Positions 22,011-34,500 of a stretch of 64,000 bases of DNA are shown here, in pieces. The notes beneath the pieces are model-generated. The model saw nothing but the letters and a program-made list of their open reading frames with translations, ran no database searches and had not been told where the DNA came from. Position 1 is the stretch's first letter. The number at the start of each line of letters is the position of its first letter. Location: positions 18,152 to 82,151 of the forward strand of contig JAEOUH010000047.1 of assembly GCA_016839365.1 (NCBI GenBank), given 5' to 3'. This DNA is from Candidatus Hermodarchaeota archaeon. Lineage in GTDB: Archaea; Asgardarchaeota; Hermodarchaeia; Hermodarchaeales; Hermodarchaeaceae. The position numbers and the translations under genes were made by a program.

Positions 22011-22898
22011 ATGCTATCAAAAGAAGCTAATCAGATTCCATTTGCGATATCTATTGCCATACCAACCTCCTTCATTGACGTTGACCAAAGTCGAGAGCAA
22101 CAAACCCAGCATATCGGACGAATTGCCCGAGCTGCAGCAATCTTTCAAGTCGATGATATTATCATCTATCGGGATAAGATGAATTCAAAACAAATGAAGA
22201 ACCTACAGTTCGTCAGCCGGGTCCTTGAATATATGGAAACACCACAATATCTTCGAAAACACCTCTTTGGAAAGATGCCCGATTTGCAATACGTAGGAAG
22301 CCTCCCTCCACTTCGAACACATCATCATCCTCTTGTGAAAGAATCATCGAAGCTTCGGAATGGCGAATTTCGAGAAGGGGTGGTACTTACAGCCAAAGGA
22401 AAAAATGTTGTAGATGTCGGCGTCGAATCACCTTTACCACTCTTACAATTCAAATCCACTCATCTGCTACAACGAATCACAGTACAAATTCGAAGAGATA
22501 AATCCGGGAAAGTGACCGCACACCCGAGTTCTCCTCCTCGATCCAAACAATATTGGGGATACTCTGTCAAGGGTGTGGAATCCTCTTTGGGTGACTTCTT
22601 GGTGAAAAAAACGAATTATCCTTTCGTTATTGCTACGAGTCGGAGAGGAAGACCAATTGCGGAAGAAGCGAGTAAAATTAGAAGTCAGTGGGAGAAATTC
22701 CATCGACTACTATTGCTTTTTGGGAGCTATAAAGAGGGGCTTGCAGAGATTCTTCAGCGGGACCAAATTGATGTAGCCTCAGTTTCGAATCATATTATCA
22801 ATCTAGTTTTCAATCAGGGCACAGCAACCATTCGAACAGAGGAGGCGGTATTTATGGGGCTCTCCGCATTCAGATTACTTGAACAACTAAAGGATTAG
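22011..22898 (+). CDS. SPOUT-family RNA methyltransferase (COG2106 / SPOUT1-like)
   Basis: ARAAAIFQVD, LEYMETPQYLRK, LPPLRTHHH, QGTATIRTEEA. Confidence 0.88.
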   Translation: MLSKEANQIPFAISIAIPTSFIDVDQSREQQTQHIGRIARAAAIFQVDDIIIYRDKMNSKQMKNLQFVSRVLEYMETPQYLRKHLFGKMPDLQYVGSLPPLRTHHHPLVKESSKLRNGEFREGVVLTAKGKNVVDVGVESPLPLLQFKSTHLLQRITVQIRRDKSGKVTAHPSSPPRSKQYWGYSVKGVESSLGDFLVKKTNYPFVIATSRRGRPIAEEASKIRSQWEKFHRLLLLFGSYKEGLAEILQRDQIDVASVSNHIINLVFNQGTATIRTEEAVFMGLSAFRLLEQLKD

Positions 22899-22902
22899 CA
22901 GT

Positions 22903-23436
22903 CTATACTTCTTCTTGGATTTCTATTTGATCACTGGTGGCGATGAGAAGCTCATAGGATCCTGTACCCGTGAAATAGCCATCTCGTGTAACCTGGATTG
23001 TAATGTTGTGGTATCCTGAAGAGACATTGGGAATTCGAAGATGTAACTCGGTGGGACTGGATTCTATTTTCTGAATGGTAATGTTGAGATTTCCAAGGAA
23101 AGCCTCAAGAACCGCATTCTCTGGAATTTCGTTCTTTGGAAAGCCCACGACAACTGTTAGCTTGAGCTCTTCGCCTGGCTCTGCGACTCTGAGTTCTGGA
23201 CCCAAAACCTTGACATCAATTCGATGGCTCCAGTATACATAGCTTGCAGGAAGCAAAAAAAGTAGAAATAACACGAGATAAACGAGGGCACCTTGTAGAA
23301 TCGCTATGATGAGGTCGTCACGAACTACTATTGTGGGTGCGATGAAGGGAAGCAACAAGACTGCTACGGCTCCGTAGACGATAAGACTCCCACAAATTAC
23401 GAGGGTTAGAGTTGAACGAGGATTACTATCTGTCAC
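22903..23436 (-). CDS. hypothetical protein, two TM helices plus Ig-like domain
   Basis: Hydrophobic N-terminal helices, beta-rich C-terminus. Confidence 0.6.
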   Translation of the reverse strand: MTDSNPRSTLTLVICGSLIVYGAVAVLLLPFIAPTIVVRDDLIIAILQGALVYLVLFLLFLLPASYVYWSHRIDVKVLGPELRVAEPGEELKLTVVVGFPKNEIPENAVLEAFLGNLNITIQKIESSPTELHLRIPNVSSGYHNITIQVTRDGYFTGTGSYELLIATSDQIEIQEEV

Positions 23437-23545
23437 AGTTAAAGGGATGTTAATCTAATGCTAAATAGCATTTCGATTAAGCAACGAGTATTCTATTAAT
23501 TTTAAAGCGAATGAATTTTCCAGACTCCCTTGAAAACGTAAAATC

Positions 23546-23854
23546 TTACTTCAGGGTTATTTCGATGAAGACTTCATCGGGCACCCGGATTCGCATAATC
23601 TGGCGCATTGTCCTTTCATCAGCTTCTAAATCAATTAAGCGTTTGTGGATTCGCATTTGCCAATGATCCCAAGTTGGTGTTCCTTCTCCACAAGGTGATT
23701 TTCGCGTCTGAACTTTCAGAGTCTTTGTGGGTAAAGGAATAGGACCTGACATCTGAACACCTGTTCTGGATACAATGGATAGGACTTGGTTACAGACTTC
23801 GTTTAGCTTTGGAATGTCTGTACTGGAAAGTCGAATCCGAGCTTTCTGCGCCAT
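23546..23854 (-). CDS. rps10: 30S ribosomal protein uS10
   Basis: [26 protein letters not shown]. Confidence 0.97.
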   Translation of the reverse strand: MAQKARIRLSSTDIPKLNEVCNQVLSIVSRTGVQMSGPIPLPTKTLKVQTRKSPCGEGTPTWDHWQMRIHKRLIDLEADERTMRQIMRIRVPDEVFIEITLK

Positions 23855-23998
23855 ATTAACTACACCAAATTGACTTGGGAATCAACCCGAATGTTTGCTC
23901 CCTTTTAACTTTTTTTGCACACCGAAAGCGTATCCAATTGATGCACCTTGGAGAATAGAAAAAGAAAGGGAAGAAGAATAGTGATAGCAGGGCTACCT

Positions 23999-25300
23999 CT
24001 ACTTCTTCTCCTCGGTGATTTTTCGAACAACGCCTACAGCAACTGTTCGTCCACTATCCCGGATTGCAAAGCGACCTAACTGTTTCATATCTGCATAGGT
24101 CTCCAGACAGATTGGGGTAACAGGTCGGAGTTTTACTAGTGCAGATTCGCCTTGCTTAATGAAGTCGGGTTTCTCTTGTACCGTTTCTCCGGTTCGCGGA
24201 TCAATCTTAGCGACGATTTCAGTGAAGGTGGCTGCTACTTGGGCGGTGTGTGCGTGCAAAACAGGAGTATATCCTGCAGCAAGAGCACGGGGGTGGAAAA
24301 TAACGATGATTTGCCCCTCGAACTCAGACACAACGCGTGGTGGCTTATCGAGATGCCCCATCACATCGCCACGGCGAATCTCACCTTTCCCGATACCTCG
24401 GACATTGAATCCGATATTGTCACCAGGTTCAGCGCTGTCCAAGCGTTCGTGGTGCATTTCAATGGTCTTAATTTCACCTTCTTTGCCAGGTGGCATGAAG
24501 ATGACTTTGTCACCGATTTTCATTTTTCCAGTTTCAACCCGCCCCACAGGAACTGTGCCAACACCTGTGATGGTGTACACGTCCTGAACAGGAACCCGAA
24601 GGGGTTGATCAACGGGTTTGGGTGGAAGGACAAATTCATCAATTGCTTCAAGCAACGATGGTCCCTTGTACCATTCCATGTTAGAGCTGGCTTCAGTCAA
24701 CAGATCACCGGTCCATGCAGATACAGGAACAAAGTTGATCTTGCTTGGGTCAAACTGTGCACCTTTCAACAGGTCTGAGACTTCAGACTTGATCTCTTCG
24801 TACCGATCTTTCGACCAGGCGGGTGTTGAGTCATCCATTTTGTTGACGGCAACGACAAGCTGCTCGATGCCCAGAGTTCGTGCGAGGAAAGCGTGCTCGC
24901 GCGTCTGACCACCAGCACCCACGCCAGCTTCAAACTCACCCTTACGCGCTGAAACCACTAGAATTGCAGCATCAGCTTGACTGGCTCCGGTAATCATGTT
25001 CTTGATGAAGTCAGCGTGACCCGGAGCGTCAATAATAGTGAAATAGTGTTTCTGGGTCTCAAATCGGCGGAACGCAAGGTCAATGGTCAGCCCACGTTCC
25101 CGCTCTTCTTTGAGACGGTCCATCACGTAAGCGAACTTGAAGGATCCTCGATCCATCTCTTCGGCCAGCTTCTCGAGCTTTGCCATCTCTTGTTTTGATA
25201 ATGCTCCAGTCTTGTAGAGCATGTGCCCCATCAACGTTGATTTACCATGGTCTACATGACCGATGATAATTAGGTTGATGTGTGGTTTCTTTTCCGACAT
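23999..25300 (-). CDS. tuf: translation elongation factor EF-1alpha
   Basis: GHVDHGKST, ERERGLTI, DAPGH, NKMD; start moved to MSEKKPH. Confidence 0.98.
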   Translation of the reverse strand: MSEKKPHINLIIIGHVDHGKSTLMGHMLYKTGALSKQEMAKLEKLAEEMDRGSFKFAYVMDRLKEERERGLTIDLAFRRFETQKHYFTIIDAPGHADFIKNMITGASQADAAILVVSARKGEFEAGVGAGGQTREHAFLARTLGIEQLVVAVNKMDDSTPAWSKDRYEEIKSEVSDLLKGAQFDPSKINFVPVSAWTGDLLTEASSNMEWYKGPSLLEAIDEFVLPPKPVDQPLRVPVQDVYTITGVGTVPVGRVETGKMKIGDKVIFMPPGKEGEIKTIEMHHERLDSAEPGDNIGFNVRGIGKGEIRRGDVMGHLDKPPRVVSEFEGQIIVIFHPRALAAGYTPVLHAHTAQVAATFTEIVAKIDPRTGETVQEKPDFIKQGESALVKLRPVTPICLETYADMKQLGRFAIRDSGRTVAVGVVRKITEEKK

Positions 25301-25461
25301 TGTATTCAACTCGTTTTTTGCTAACTTAAGCTGGCATAAAATATGCAGGTTATGGCACATCAAGTGGGGCGTATAAAACTCTTTTGGCGTTATGGGTTCC
25401 CAGAAGGGTTCGAAAACCTGTTAGATGCCTTGTGAGATTGTCAATGTGGGAAAGGGTATTC

Positions 25462-26100
25462 CTAGCGGGCTGAGAGTGCCATGCGTTCTTTTTCTTCTCG
25501 TCGTCGTACGGCGTTGCTTCGAGAGTCGCCACTTGCAGCGGCGATGAGTTCATCTGCGATGATCTCTTCGATGGCTTCAATGGTACTGAAGCTTCGACGC
25601 CAGATGCTTTCGGAGATGAATCGAAGTGCCAAATCGATGCGACGGAGCGGAGCGACATCGCAGGCGGTGTGGTAACTTATCCCACCATATGAAATCCGCG
25701 TGGTTTCTTCACGAGGAGCTGTGTTTTCGATTGCTTCGATTAGAATTTGGAGTGGATTCTGATTAGTTCGTAGATGTATTACTTCGAAGGCAGACCGGAC
25801 TATTCGGATGACAGTGGATTTTTTCCCAGTGATGAGTCCGGATTGTCGTGCGCTTTGACTTCGTCGGCTGGCCCAACCAGGTGTCATGATGCGGTTAATG
25901 AACCGTTCGACAATTGGAACTTGGCGTTTTCCAAACCGCCGATGTTCGTGACGACCGAAAGTGTGGGGGACAATTACTGGACTAAGGCTAATGTATTTTG
26001 CTAGGCCCTGATCGCGGATTTGGATATCTTTTGTGCTCCAGCGACCAAGCACTTTGATTTCAGGAAAAGTTGTTGTCGGATTGGGAGTTTCAGCACTCAT
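25462..26100 (-). CDS. rps7: 30S ribosomal protein uS7
   Basis: GRHEHRRF, PREETTRISYGG, ERMALSAR; start moved to MSAETP. Confidence 0.95.
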   Translation of the reverse strand: MSAETPNPTTTFPEIKVLGRWSTKDIQIRDQGLAKYISLSPVIVPHTFGRHEHRRFGKRQVPIVERFINRIMTPGWASRRSQSARQSGLITGKKSTVIRIVRSAFEVIHLRTNQNPLQILIEAIENTAPREETTRISYGGISYHTACDVAPLRRIDLALRFISESIWRRSFSTIEAIEEIIADELIAAASGDSRSNAVRRREEKERMALSAR

Positions 26101-26120
26101 CTTTGATTTACACCTTTGGG

Positions 26121-26570
26121 CTAGCGTTGTGGTTTTTCGACCTTGCCAATAATCATGGCTTCGAGAGATGCACCATTGCACTTGACAACTTTCCACCGAA
26201 CACCGGGAAGGTCTCCAAATGATCTTCCGCGAGCGCCTCCAATTCCTTCGACGATGACTTCGTCGTGTTCATCGACATAAGTGAGTGCACCATCACCAGG
26301 GAGAAAGGCTGTGATTTGCCTGCCATTGCGAATTAATTGTACGCGCACACATTTGCGGATTGCTGAGTTTGGTTGTTTTGATTCAATACCCACTTTCTCT
26401 AAAACGATGGCACGTGCTTGTGGGCTTCCTTCAAGTGGGTCGGCCTTGACATCAAGGCGTAACATCCGCCGTTTATAATATCGATCTTTCCAGCGGAACT
26501 TCTTACGCTTTTTCTTCAGGGTGCGGCCAGCAAATTCTCCTGATGGTGATTTTGATCCAGGCAATCTCAC
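26121..26570 (-). CDS. rps12: 30S ribosomal protein uS12
   Basis: [25 protein letters not shown]. Confidence 0.97.
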   Translation of the reverse strand: MRLPGSKSPSGEFAGRTLKKKRKKFRWKDRYYKRRMLRLDVKADPLEGSPQARAIVLEKVGIESKQPNSAIRKCVRVQLIRNGRQITAFLPGDGALTYVDEHDEVIVEGIGGARGRSFGDLPGVRWKVVKCNGASLEAMIIGKVEKPQR

Positions 26571-26649
26571 TTTTCCTCGTAATTATGTAGGGTGCTGCGA
26601 TTCCGTGAAGGAGCTTAAAACTTTTGTCATCTATCGGTTGATGCGAAGG

Positions 26650-27114
26650 TTATCCAGAGGTTTCAGGGGTTGGTTCGGTAATAATAATCGCATCAATACC
26701 ATGATGACGCTTTGCCAGAAGCCGAGCTCGTTCTATATTACGGCCATTTCTACCAATCACGCGCCCCCGGTTCTCACTATTAACAGTGACAACAGCAACG
26801 CGGCGTCCTTTAGATTGTTCTTGGACATCGACGGTAGAGACTTTTGCAGGGGCTAGTGCATTGCGTACGAATGACTCGGGTGTGTCAGCATCTTCCACAA
26901 CATCAATATCACGTTTGAGCATGGTTCTCGCTCGTTTTATGGTCATGCCCCGGCGACCAATAGCTAATCCAAGATGCCCTGGACTCACTACGAATATGAT
27001 GCGTTCTCCATCTTGATCGACGACACAGTCTTTGACCTCAGCGCCTGTGATGTCACTGAAGAGTGCCATCAGTTTGATTTCTTCAATGTTCAATTTTATG
27101 TCAGAGGTCGTCAC
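26650..27114 (-). CDS. nusA: archaeal NusA-like KH-domain transcription factor
   Basis: Two KH GxxG motifs (AIGRRG, VIGRNG); conserved L30e-NusA-S12 order. Confidence 0.92.
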   Translation of the reverse strand: MTTSDIKLNIEEIKLMALFSDITGAEVKDCVVDQDGERIIFVVSPGHLGLAIGRRGMTIKRARTMLKRDIDVVEDADTPESFVRNALAPAKVSTVDVQEQSKGRRVAVVTVNSENRGRVIGRNGRNIERARLLAKRHHGIDAIIITEPTPETSG

Positions 27115-27422
27115 TTCTTACTCGCCTCAGTTAGAGCAGAAATGTCTGCATCTCCTGGCTCTAATACAGCCATTGCAGCCACCATATGTGGGCGTCCACA
27201 TATTTGGCCTAAATCCCAACTGTTACTTTGAAATTCATGAATCGGCACTCTGTTTGCTTTTGCGAGCATATCAACTTCGGTAATCACTTCACTTGGCGCA
27301 TTTGCTGCCAAGATGACTACACGAGGAGAGCCTGTTCGGAGTAAATGAAGTGTGCGATTAGCTCCGAACACAGTTTTTCCGGACTTCACAGCTAATCTTA
27401 TTGCAGTTTCAGCATCCATCAA
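27111..27422 (-). CDS. rpl30e: 50S ribosomal protein eL30
   Basis: AVKSGKTVFG, DLGQICGRPH. Confidence 0.93.
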   Translation of the reverse strand: MMDAETAIRLAVKSGKTVFGANRTLHLLRTGSPRVVILAANAPSEVITEVDMLAKANRVPIHEFQSNSWDLGQICGRPHMVAAMAVLEPGDADISALTEASKK

Positions 27423-27626
27423 GAATCACTCTTTAGTTTTCTTATTGCATGCATTACGTCTTGTAATGAAGCTTGCAACACACCGTCGCATATAAGAGCT
27501 ACGGAAGCGAATTGCGCGTTTGGCAGAATTTCTACGCTCCCTTTTAAGTTCTGTGCACACTCCGTTAAACTTCTAGCCATTTACATAAAATGACATCACA
27601 GAGGGGTTTATACACCCGCAATGGTG

Positions 27627-28841
<1,215 letters not shown>

Positions 28842-31490
28842 TCACTTCTCCTGGCTTAAAACGCGTTCAATGATTACATCAAGATTTACAGCCTTGCCAT
28901 GATCGCTTCGAGCGGGGTCAACGCCATCTTCGCCATATTTGAATTGGATGATTTCTCCGTTTGAATTTCGTACAGTGCCATCGTATTCGACTTTGATGTC
29001 TTGGAGCGCATTGATGAGTCGGCGTTGCATATACCCACTAGTGCTGGTTCGAACAGCAGTATCCACTAGACCTTCTCGACCTCCCATTGCATGGAAGAAG
29101 AATTCGATGGGGTTCAATCCTTTTCGGTAACTGGCAACCACAAATCCTCGAGCTTGTGGAGACAAATCGCCTTGAACAAAGTGGGGGAGCGTTCGCCTCC
29201 GATACCCTCGGGAGATCCGTTGACCACGAACCGCTTGTTGTCCAACACTGGCAGCCATTTGTGCCAAGTTAAGTGGGTTACCTTTCGCACCTGTGCCAGT
29301 CATTATTACCGCATGCTTATCAAGTCCAAGTTGTTGTGCCGCCACTTCGCCGGCTTCATCACGTGCACGAGCAAGAATCTCAATCATTTTCATTTCGAAG
29401 GTTTCCTCAATTGAACGACCTGGAAGCCGCTGAAGTTCATCTGCTTCATAGATTTGAACTAACTGACTCCCTTCTTCTTCTGCGTCCTTGAGAATCTGTT
29501 CAATTTGACGTATGGCAGTTGGTGTGAGAATGACATCATCAATTCCCATGCTAAAGCCCATGTTGGTGATGAGGACTACAAGCAGGGGACAGATGGCGTC
29601 GAGAAATCGTCGAGCTGCAGAGTTTCCATAGTCCTTTGCGATTCTGTGTAGAACACTTTCAGGTTGTGCAGCTCCGATTGCCTTCTTATCAATTACACCG
29701 GTTAATAGCTGACCGTCGCGAATGAGCACGTAGGCATCATATGGGCATTTTTCTTTTTGGCACTTATCGCATTTTTGGCAAATTCGGGCTTTCAAAGATA
29801 GGTTCAGACCCTTTGGCAACAGCATGCTAAAGATTTGTTTCCCGGTCCACATGGGTTCAGGATCTTTGATGGTGGGTGGTGGAAGGTCTTCCCGGTAGCC
29901 AGCTGAAGCTAAAAGCTGGCAGGTTTGGCGTTTGTTGAATATCGAGCTCTTTCGCGTAAGTAAGAAAGCAGAAGATATGTAGTCTTGAATCCCACCGATG
30001 ATAGGGCCACCATAACGAGGGCTAAGAATCTGCTCTTGAACTAGCATTAGGATTCGAGCTTCAGCCCGAGCCTCTTCGCTTTGAGGAACATGGAGGTTCA
30101 TTTCGTCGCCATCGAAATCTGCGTTATAAGGCGGGCAGACAACAAGGTGAAGCCGAAATGTCCGGTATTCCATTACCTTCACTTCGTGGGCCATGATAGA
30201 CATGCGGTGAAGTGACGGCTGTCGGTTGAAGAGAACAATATCCCCTGACCGAAGGTGTCTTTCAATCACGTAGCCTGGAGCCAATCCATCAGCGTTTGTC
30301 TTCCGATCTTTTACATAGCGTAGATCAATTCGTTTCCCATCAGGACGCACAACATAATTACATCCGGGATAACCCTGAGGACCCTCAAGGACGAGTTCCC
30401 GCATATCTTCGATATTCCATTCGGTGACCCGCTCAGGAACTGTTAGGGTTTTGGCAATTTCTAAAGGAACACCCACTTCATTGATGGATAGGTTAGGATC
30501 AGGCGAAATTACTGTTCGGGCTGAGAAGTCGACACGTTTTCCGGAAAGATTGCTTCGGAATCGTCCTTCCTTTCCTTTTAATCGTTGAGCTAATGTTCGT
30601 AAGGCACGGCCTGATCGATGGCGCGCTGGTGGAATGCCGGAGACTTCATTGTTGAAATATGTGGTTATATGATATTGAAGCAGCTCCCAAAGGTCTTCCA
30701 CAATCAGTTGTGGTGCGCCAGCTTCGATGTTTTCCCTGAGTCGTTGATTAATTCGGATGACATCCACAAGCTTGTGTGTAAGGTCATCTTCTGATTTTAC
30801 ACCAGATTCTAATGTGATGGACGGACGAACGGCTACTGGAGGTACAGGTTGGACAGTGAGAATCATCCATTCGGCCTTTGAGACACGGGTGTCGATGCCC
30901 ATGAGGAAGGCATCTTCAGGGGTGATTCGTTCCAGTCGGTCGCGAACATCAGTAGGCGTTAGACGGACACTGCCTTCCATCTTCTCTTCGTAGAAGGTTG
31001 TTGGTTTTTCGAACTTAATCTTGTATTGTTCGGCCTCGCAGTGGGGGCAGGTGGTGGCTTTTCCAGCTTCTTTTAGGACTTCATCAGCGATAACTTGGTC
31101 TAAATGACCGAATTTTTCAAAGTGCATATCAACTCGATTTTTGTATGTTTCTCGAGATTCCTCTTTCAGTTTTAATCGAGCACAGCGTCTACAGAGTGCC
31201 TTGAGGAATTTCTTAATCTCCTTCGCGAAACTGACGTGCACGACGGGGCGAGCCAGTTCAATGTGGCCAAAGTGACCGGGACATTCGCCGACTCGATTTC
31301 CACAGGATTTGCAGCGCTGACCAGGTTCAATTGTGCCTAGTTTGGGATCCATCAGTCCAGAGGATATGGGAAGACCATCTTCGTCGTAGGTGTCAGCTGT
31401 AATAACCTGTGTTACACTCATTTTACGAATTATCTCAGGGGAGAGAAGGCCGAACCAGACGCTTCCAATCTGTTTGAGTGGGTGTGACAT
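28842..31490 (-). CDS. rpoA1: RNA polymerase subunit A' (Rpo1N)
   Basis: YNADFDGDEMN catalytic motif, CPGHFGHIEL, GGREGLVDTAV. Confidence 0.98.
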   Translation of the reverse strand: MSHPLKQIGSVWFGLLSPEIIRKMSVTQVITADTYDEDGLPISSGLMDPKLGTIEPGQRCKSCGNRVGECPGHFGHIELARPVVHVSFAKEIKKFLKALCRRCARLKLKEESRETYKNRVDMHFEKFGHLDQVIADEVLKEAGKATTCPHCEAEQYKIKFEKPTTFYEEKMEGSVRLTPTDVRDRLERITPEDAFLMGIDTRVSKAEWMILTVQPVPPVAVRPSITLESGVKSEDDLTHKLVDVIRINQRLRENIEAGAPQLIVEDLWELLQYHITTYFNNEVSGIPPARHRSGRALRTLAQRLKGKEGRFRSNLSGKRVDFSARTVISPDPNLSINEVGVPLEIAKTLTVPERVTEWNIEDMRELVLEGPQGYPGCNYVVRPDGKRIDLRYVKDRKTNADGLAPGYVIERHLRSGDIVLFNRQPSLHRMSIMAHEVKVMEYRTFRLHLVVCPPYNADFDGDEMNLHVPQSEEARAEARILMLVQEQILSPRYGGPIIGGIQDYISSAFLLTRKSSIFNKRQTCQLLASAGYREDLPPPTIKDPEPMWTGKQIFSMLLPKGLNLSLKARICQKCDKCQKEKCPYDAYVLIRDGQLLTGVIDKKAIGAAQPESVLHRIAKDYGNSAARRFLDAICPLLVVLITNMGFSMGIDDVILTPTAIRQIEQILKDAEEEGSQLVQIYEADELQRLPGRSIEETFEMKMIEILARARDEAGEVAAQQLGLDKHAVIMTGTGAKGNPLNLAQMAASVGQQAVRGQRISRGYRRRTLPHFVQGDLSPQARGFVVASYRKGLNPIEFFFHAMGGREGLVDTAVRTSTSGYMQRRLINALQDIKVEYDGTVRNSNGEIIQFKYGEDGVDPARSDHGKAVNLDVIIERVLSQEK

Positions 31491-31505
31491 TGTTTTTTCC
31501 TCTTA

Positions 31506-34500
31506 TCATGTCCTGTCAGTTAATTTCAGTCGAGGCCATATGCCAAGTGATATGAGCTCTTGTATGACGAGTTTGAATGCATAGGACATTTCAACTCGAC
31601 TAATTGTGGTTGTTTTAGGTGCACAGACACGGCATCGGAACCGATCACGATTTCGATCATATTCGGCCAGCATACCACATTCTTCGCAAACCATCGCCGT
31701 GTATTTGTCAGATTCTTCTAATAATCGTTCGCGGAGTAGTAGTGCTGCTCCATGGCCAATTAAACAGTCTCGCTCCATTTCACCAAAGCGCAGTCCACCC
31801 TCTCGTGCTCGGCCTTCGGTGGGCTGGCGTGTTAGAATTTGCACTGGACCACGGGCACGGGCATGCATCTTATCTGCAACAAGATGGTGGAGTTTCTGAT
31901 AGTAAACCACGCCGACGAATAGGTCAACGTCATATTTGTGGCCTGTTACCCCATTATACATCGTTTCTCGCCCGCTATATTTGAATCCAAGATTGTGGAG
32001 ATCTTGGAACATTTGATCTAGCTTCTTTCCAGAGAATGGTGTGCCGTCGATTGGTTGTCCTTGTAAGCAGCCGATTTTACCGCCCATGGATTCAAGGATT
32101 TGTCCAAGAGTCATCCGACTGGGGAAGGCATGAGCATTGACTACGAGGTCGGGTACGATGCCTGATTCGGTAAATGGCATGTCTTCTTGGGGGGCGAGGA
32201 GTCCAATGACACCTTTTTGTCCATGGCGGCTAGCAAATTTATCGCCTAATTCGGGTATGCGTTCATCCCTGACTTTTACTTTGACTAAGCGGTTCCCGTC
32301 AATCGTTTCTGTTATGAGCACTTTATCGATTGTGCCCTCTTCCCCATGACGAAGGCTGATTGATGTTTCACGGCGTTTGGGTCCAGGGACTTCAAGTTCA
32401 GTATATTCTTCTAAGAACCGTGGAGGACTGGTTCGTCCGATGAGGATTTCATCGCCGGCAACTTGGAATTCAGGTTCGATGACACCATCTTCACTGAGCA
32501 GTCGATAGGCTTCTGATGCCCGATATCCACGCACTTCGCGGCTGGGAATTTCAAATTTGTCTTCTTGGCCACCCGGATACTTACGTTCCTCGGCGTCATA
32601 GCTTCGAAAGAAGGAAGATCGTGCAATACCCCGTTCAATAGAAGCTTTGTTGAGCACTAGGGCGTCTTCGATGTTGTAGCCTTGGAAGGAGTGGATGGCT
32701 ACAATGAAGTTTTGCCCTGCAGGGCGTCGATGATACCCAATTACTTCCATTGGTCGAGTTGTGACAATGGGGCTTTGAACATAATGTAGAATGTGACTAC
32801 GGGTGTCCACTCGAAGACTAAAGTTCGCTGAATAGAGCCCGAGAGCTTGTTTAGCCATACCTGCTTCGTAGGTGTTGCGTGGGGATTGGTTGTGCTCAGC
32901 AAAGGGGACAAGACTTGCACATATGCCTAAAATCGTTTCAGGGACAATTTCGAGATGAGTGTGTTCTGGTGTTATATCCTCCAGATTCATGGCGATAAGG
33001 GTGTTTTCTTCTTCTTCTGCATCAAGGTATTCGATTATCCCTGCTTTTACTAGGTCATCCCAAGAAATCTCACGATTCCGTACGCGCTCTATATGTTGCT
33101 TTTCAAGAAGCGGAGAACCATCTTTGACGATGATAAGGGGACGACGAACGCGCCCCGCATCAGAGTTTATTTCCACCTCATTGGTATCGGGATAGAAAGC
33201 AACGTTCACCTGATCGCTGAGCTCGTTCCGTTGGCGGCGATCCCGAAGACGAGTAACTAATAACTCGGGTTGTGAATGGTTGCCAACAAATCGGCCATTT
33301 AGATAAACGTAAGCGCCCTTCTTAGCCGTGTCCGCTTTAGCATCTATTGGCTGGACTTTAAGGGATAAGAGAGCTTCTTCCACTTCGGCTTCGTCAGAAC
33401 CTACTGAAATATATGACATTAAGGCGAGGTTCTTTACAAGTCCACAGTTGGGACCTTCAGGGGTCTCATTTGGACAGATTTTGCCCCAATGGGTGGGATG
33501 CAGGTCCCGGGCTTCGAAGTGTGGTTGGCTGCGACTGAGGGGCGATACTACGCGGCGAAGGTGGCTGATTGATGACATGTAGTTAACGCGATCAAGTAGC
33601 TGACTCACTCCTGCCTTTCCACCAACCCAGTTCCCTGTGGCAAGGGCATGGCGTAGCCTTTCGGTAATCACGTCGGCTCTTACGGCGGTTTTGATATTGG
33701 GTTTGCGGCCTCGCGTGGCGGTACGTTCAAGCTGATATTTGATGTCGCGGCAAAGATTGAGGAATGCTACTCGAAACAGGCTAGTCAACAGGTCTCCGGC
33801 AAGTTTGAGCCGTTTATTCGCATAGTGGTCTTTGTCATCTTGATTTCGTTGATTGACACTAAGTTCAAGAAGGCGCTGGGTCATTTGACCCACATAATGG
33901 GCCTTACTCACTGCAGACCCTGTATCTGTTCCAACGTGAGGTAGCAGGTAGCGGTTGAGAACCTGTTCGGCTCGACGAAGGCGGTAATCCTTGGTTTGGC
34001 CAACAGCAACCCGTTTACCAATATAATCCAAGGCATTTTCACGAGTAGTTTGGGGGTCCTTCGGAGCCACTAATGATTCCGCCGCATGAAAACTAGGAAT
34101 TAGTTCTTGCGCGATTGCTGGGTCATCAGTGATTGCTGAAACGATTTCGCGATCGGTTACCAGACCTAGGGCCCGCATCAGAACGACTAGGGGAATCTTC
34201 CCTGGTACTGATGGAAATGATACACGAAACGTATGATCAGCCCGTCGTTCCATGGTCACCGGCGCCCGAAATCCTCGGGCTGTTGAGAACACCTTAGCCA
34301 TGTGTGTACACGAGCTGCTACTTGTCGCTTCCTCAATGAGGATACGGTTCGGGGCGAGATCTTCCTGTGTGACAAGCACACGCTCTGACCCGTTAATGAT
34401 GAAATAGCCGCCAGGGTCGTTTGGATCTTCACCGGCTTCAACAAGTTCTTCCGGTGTCATCGCCGAAAGTCGGCAAAACGCAGATTTGAGCATAATTGGA

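Noticed and set aside
25820-25890. Extra residues in uS7 (PGWASRRSQSARQSG) as an in-frame intron
   Set aside because: No BHB geometry found; this loop is naturally variable in archaeal S7.
27423-27500. Hairpin upstream of rpl30e as an L30-type K-turn autoregulatory site
   Set aside because: The stem is present but its internal loop lacks tandem G-A pairs.
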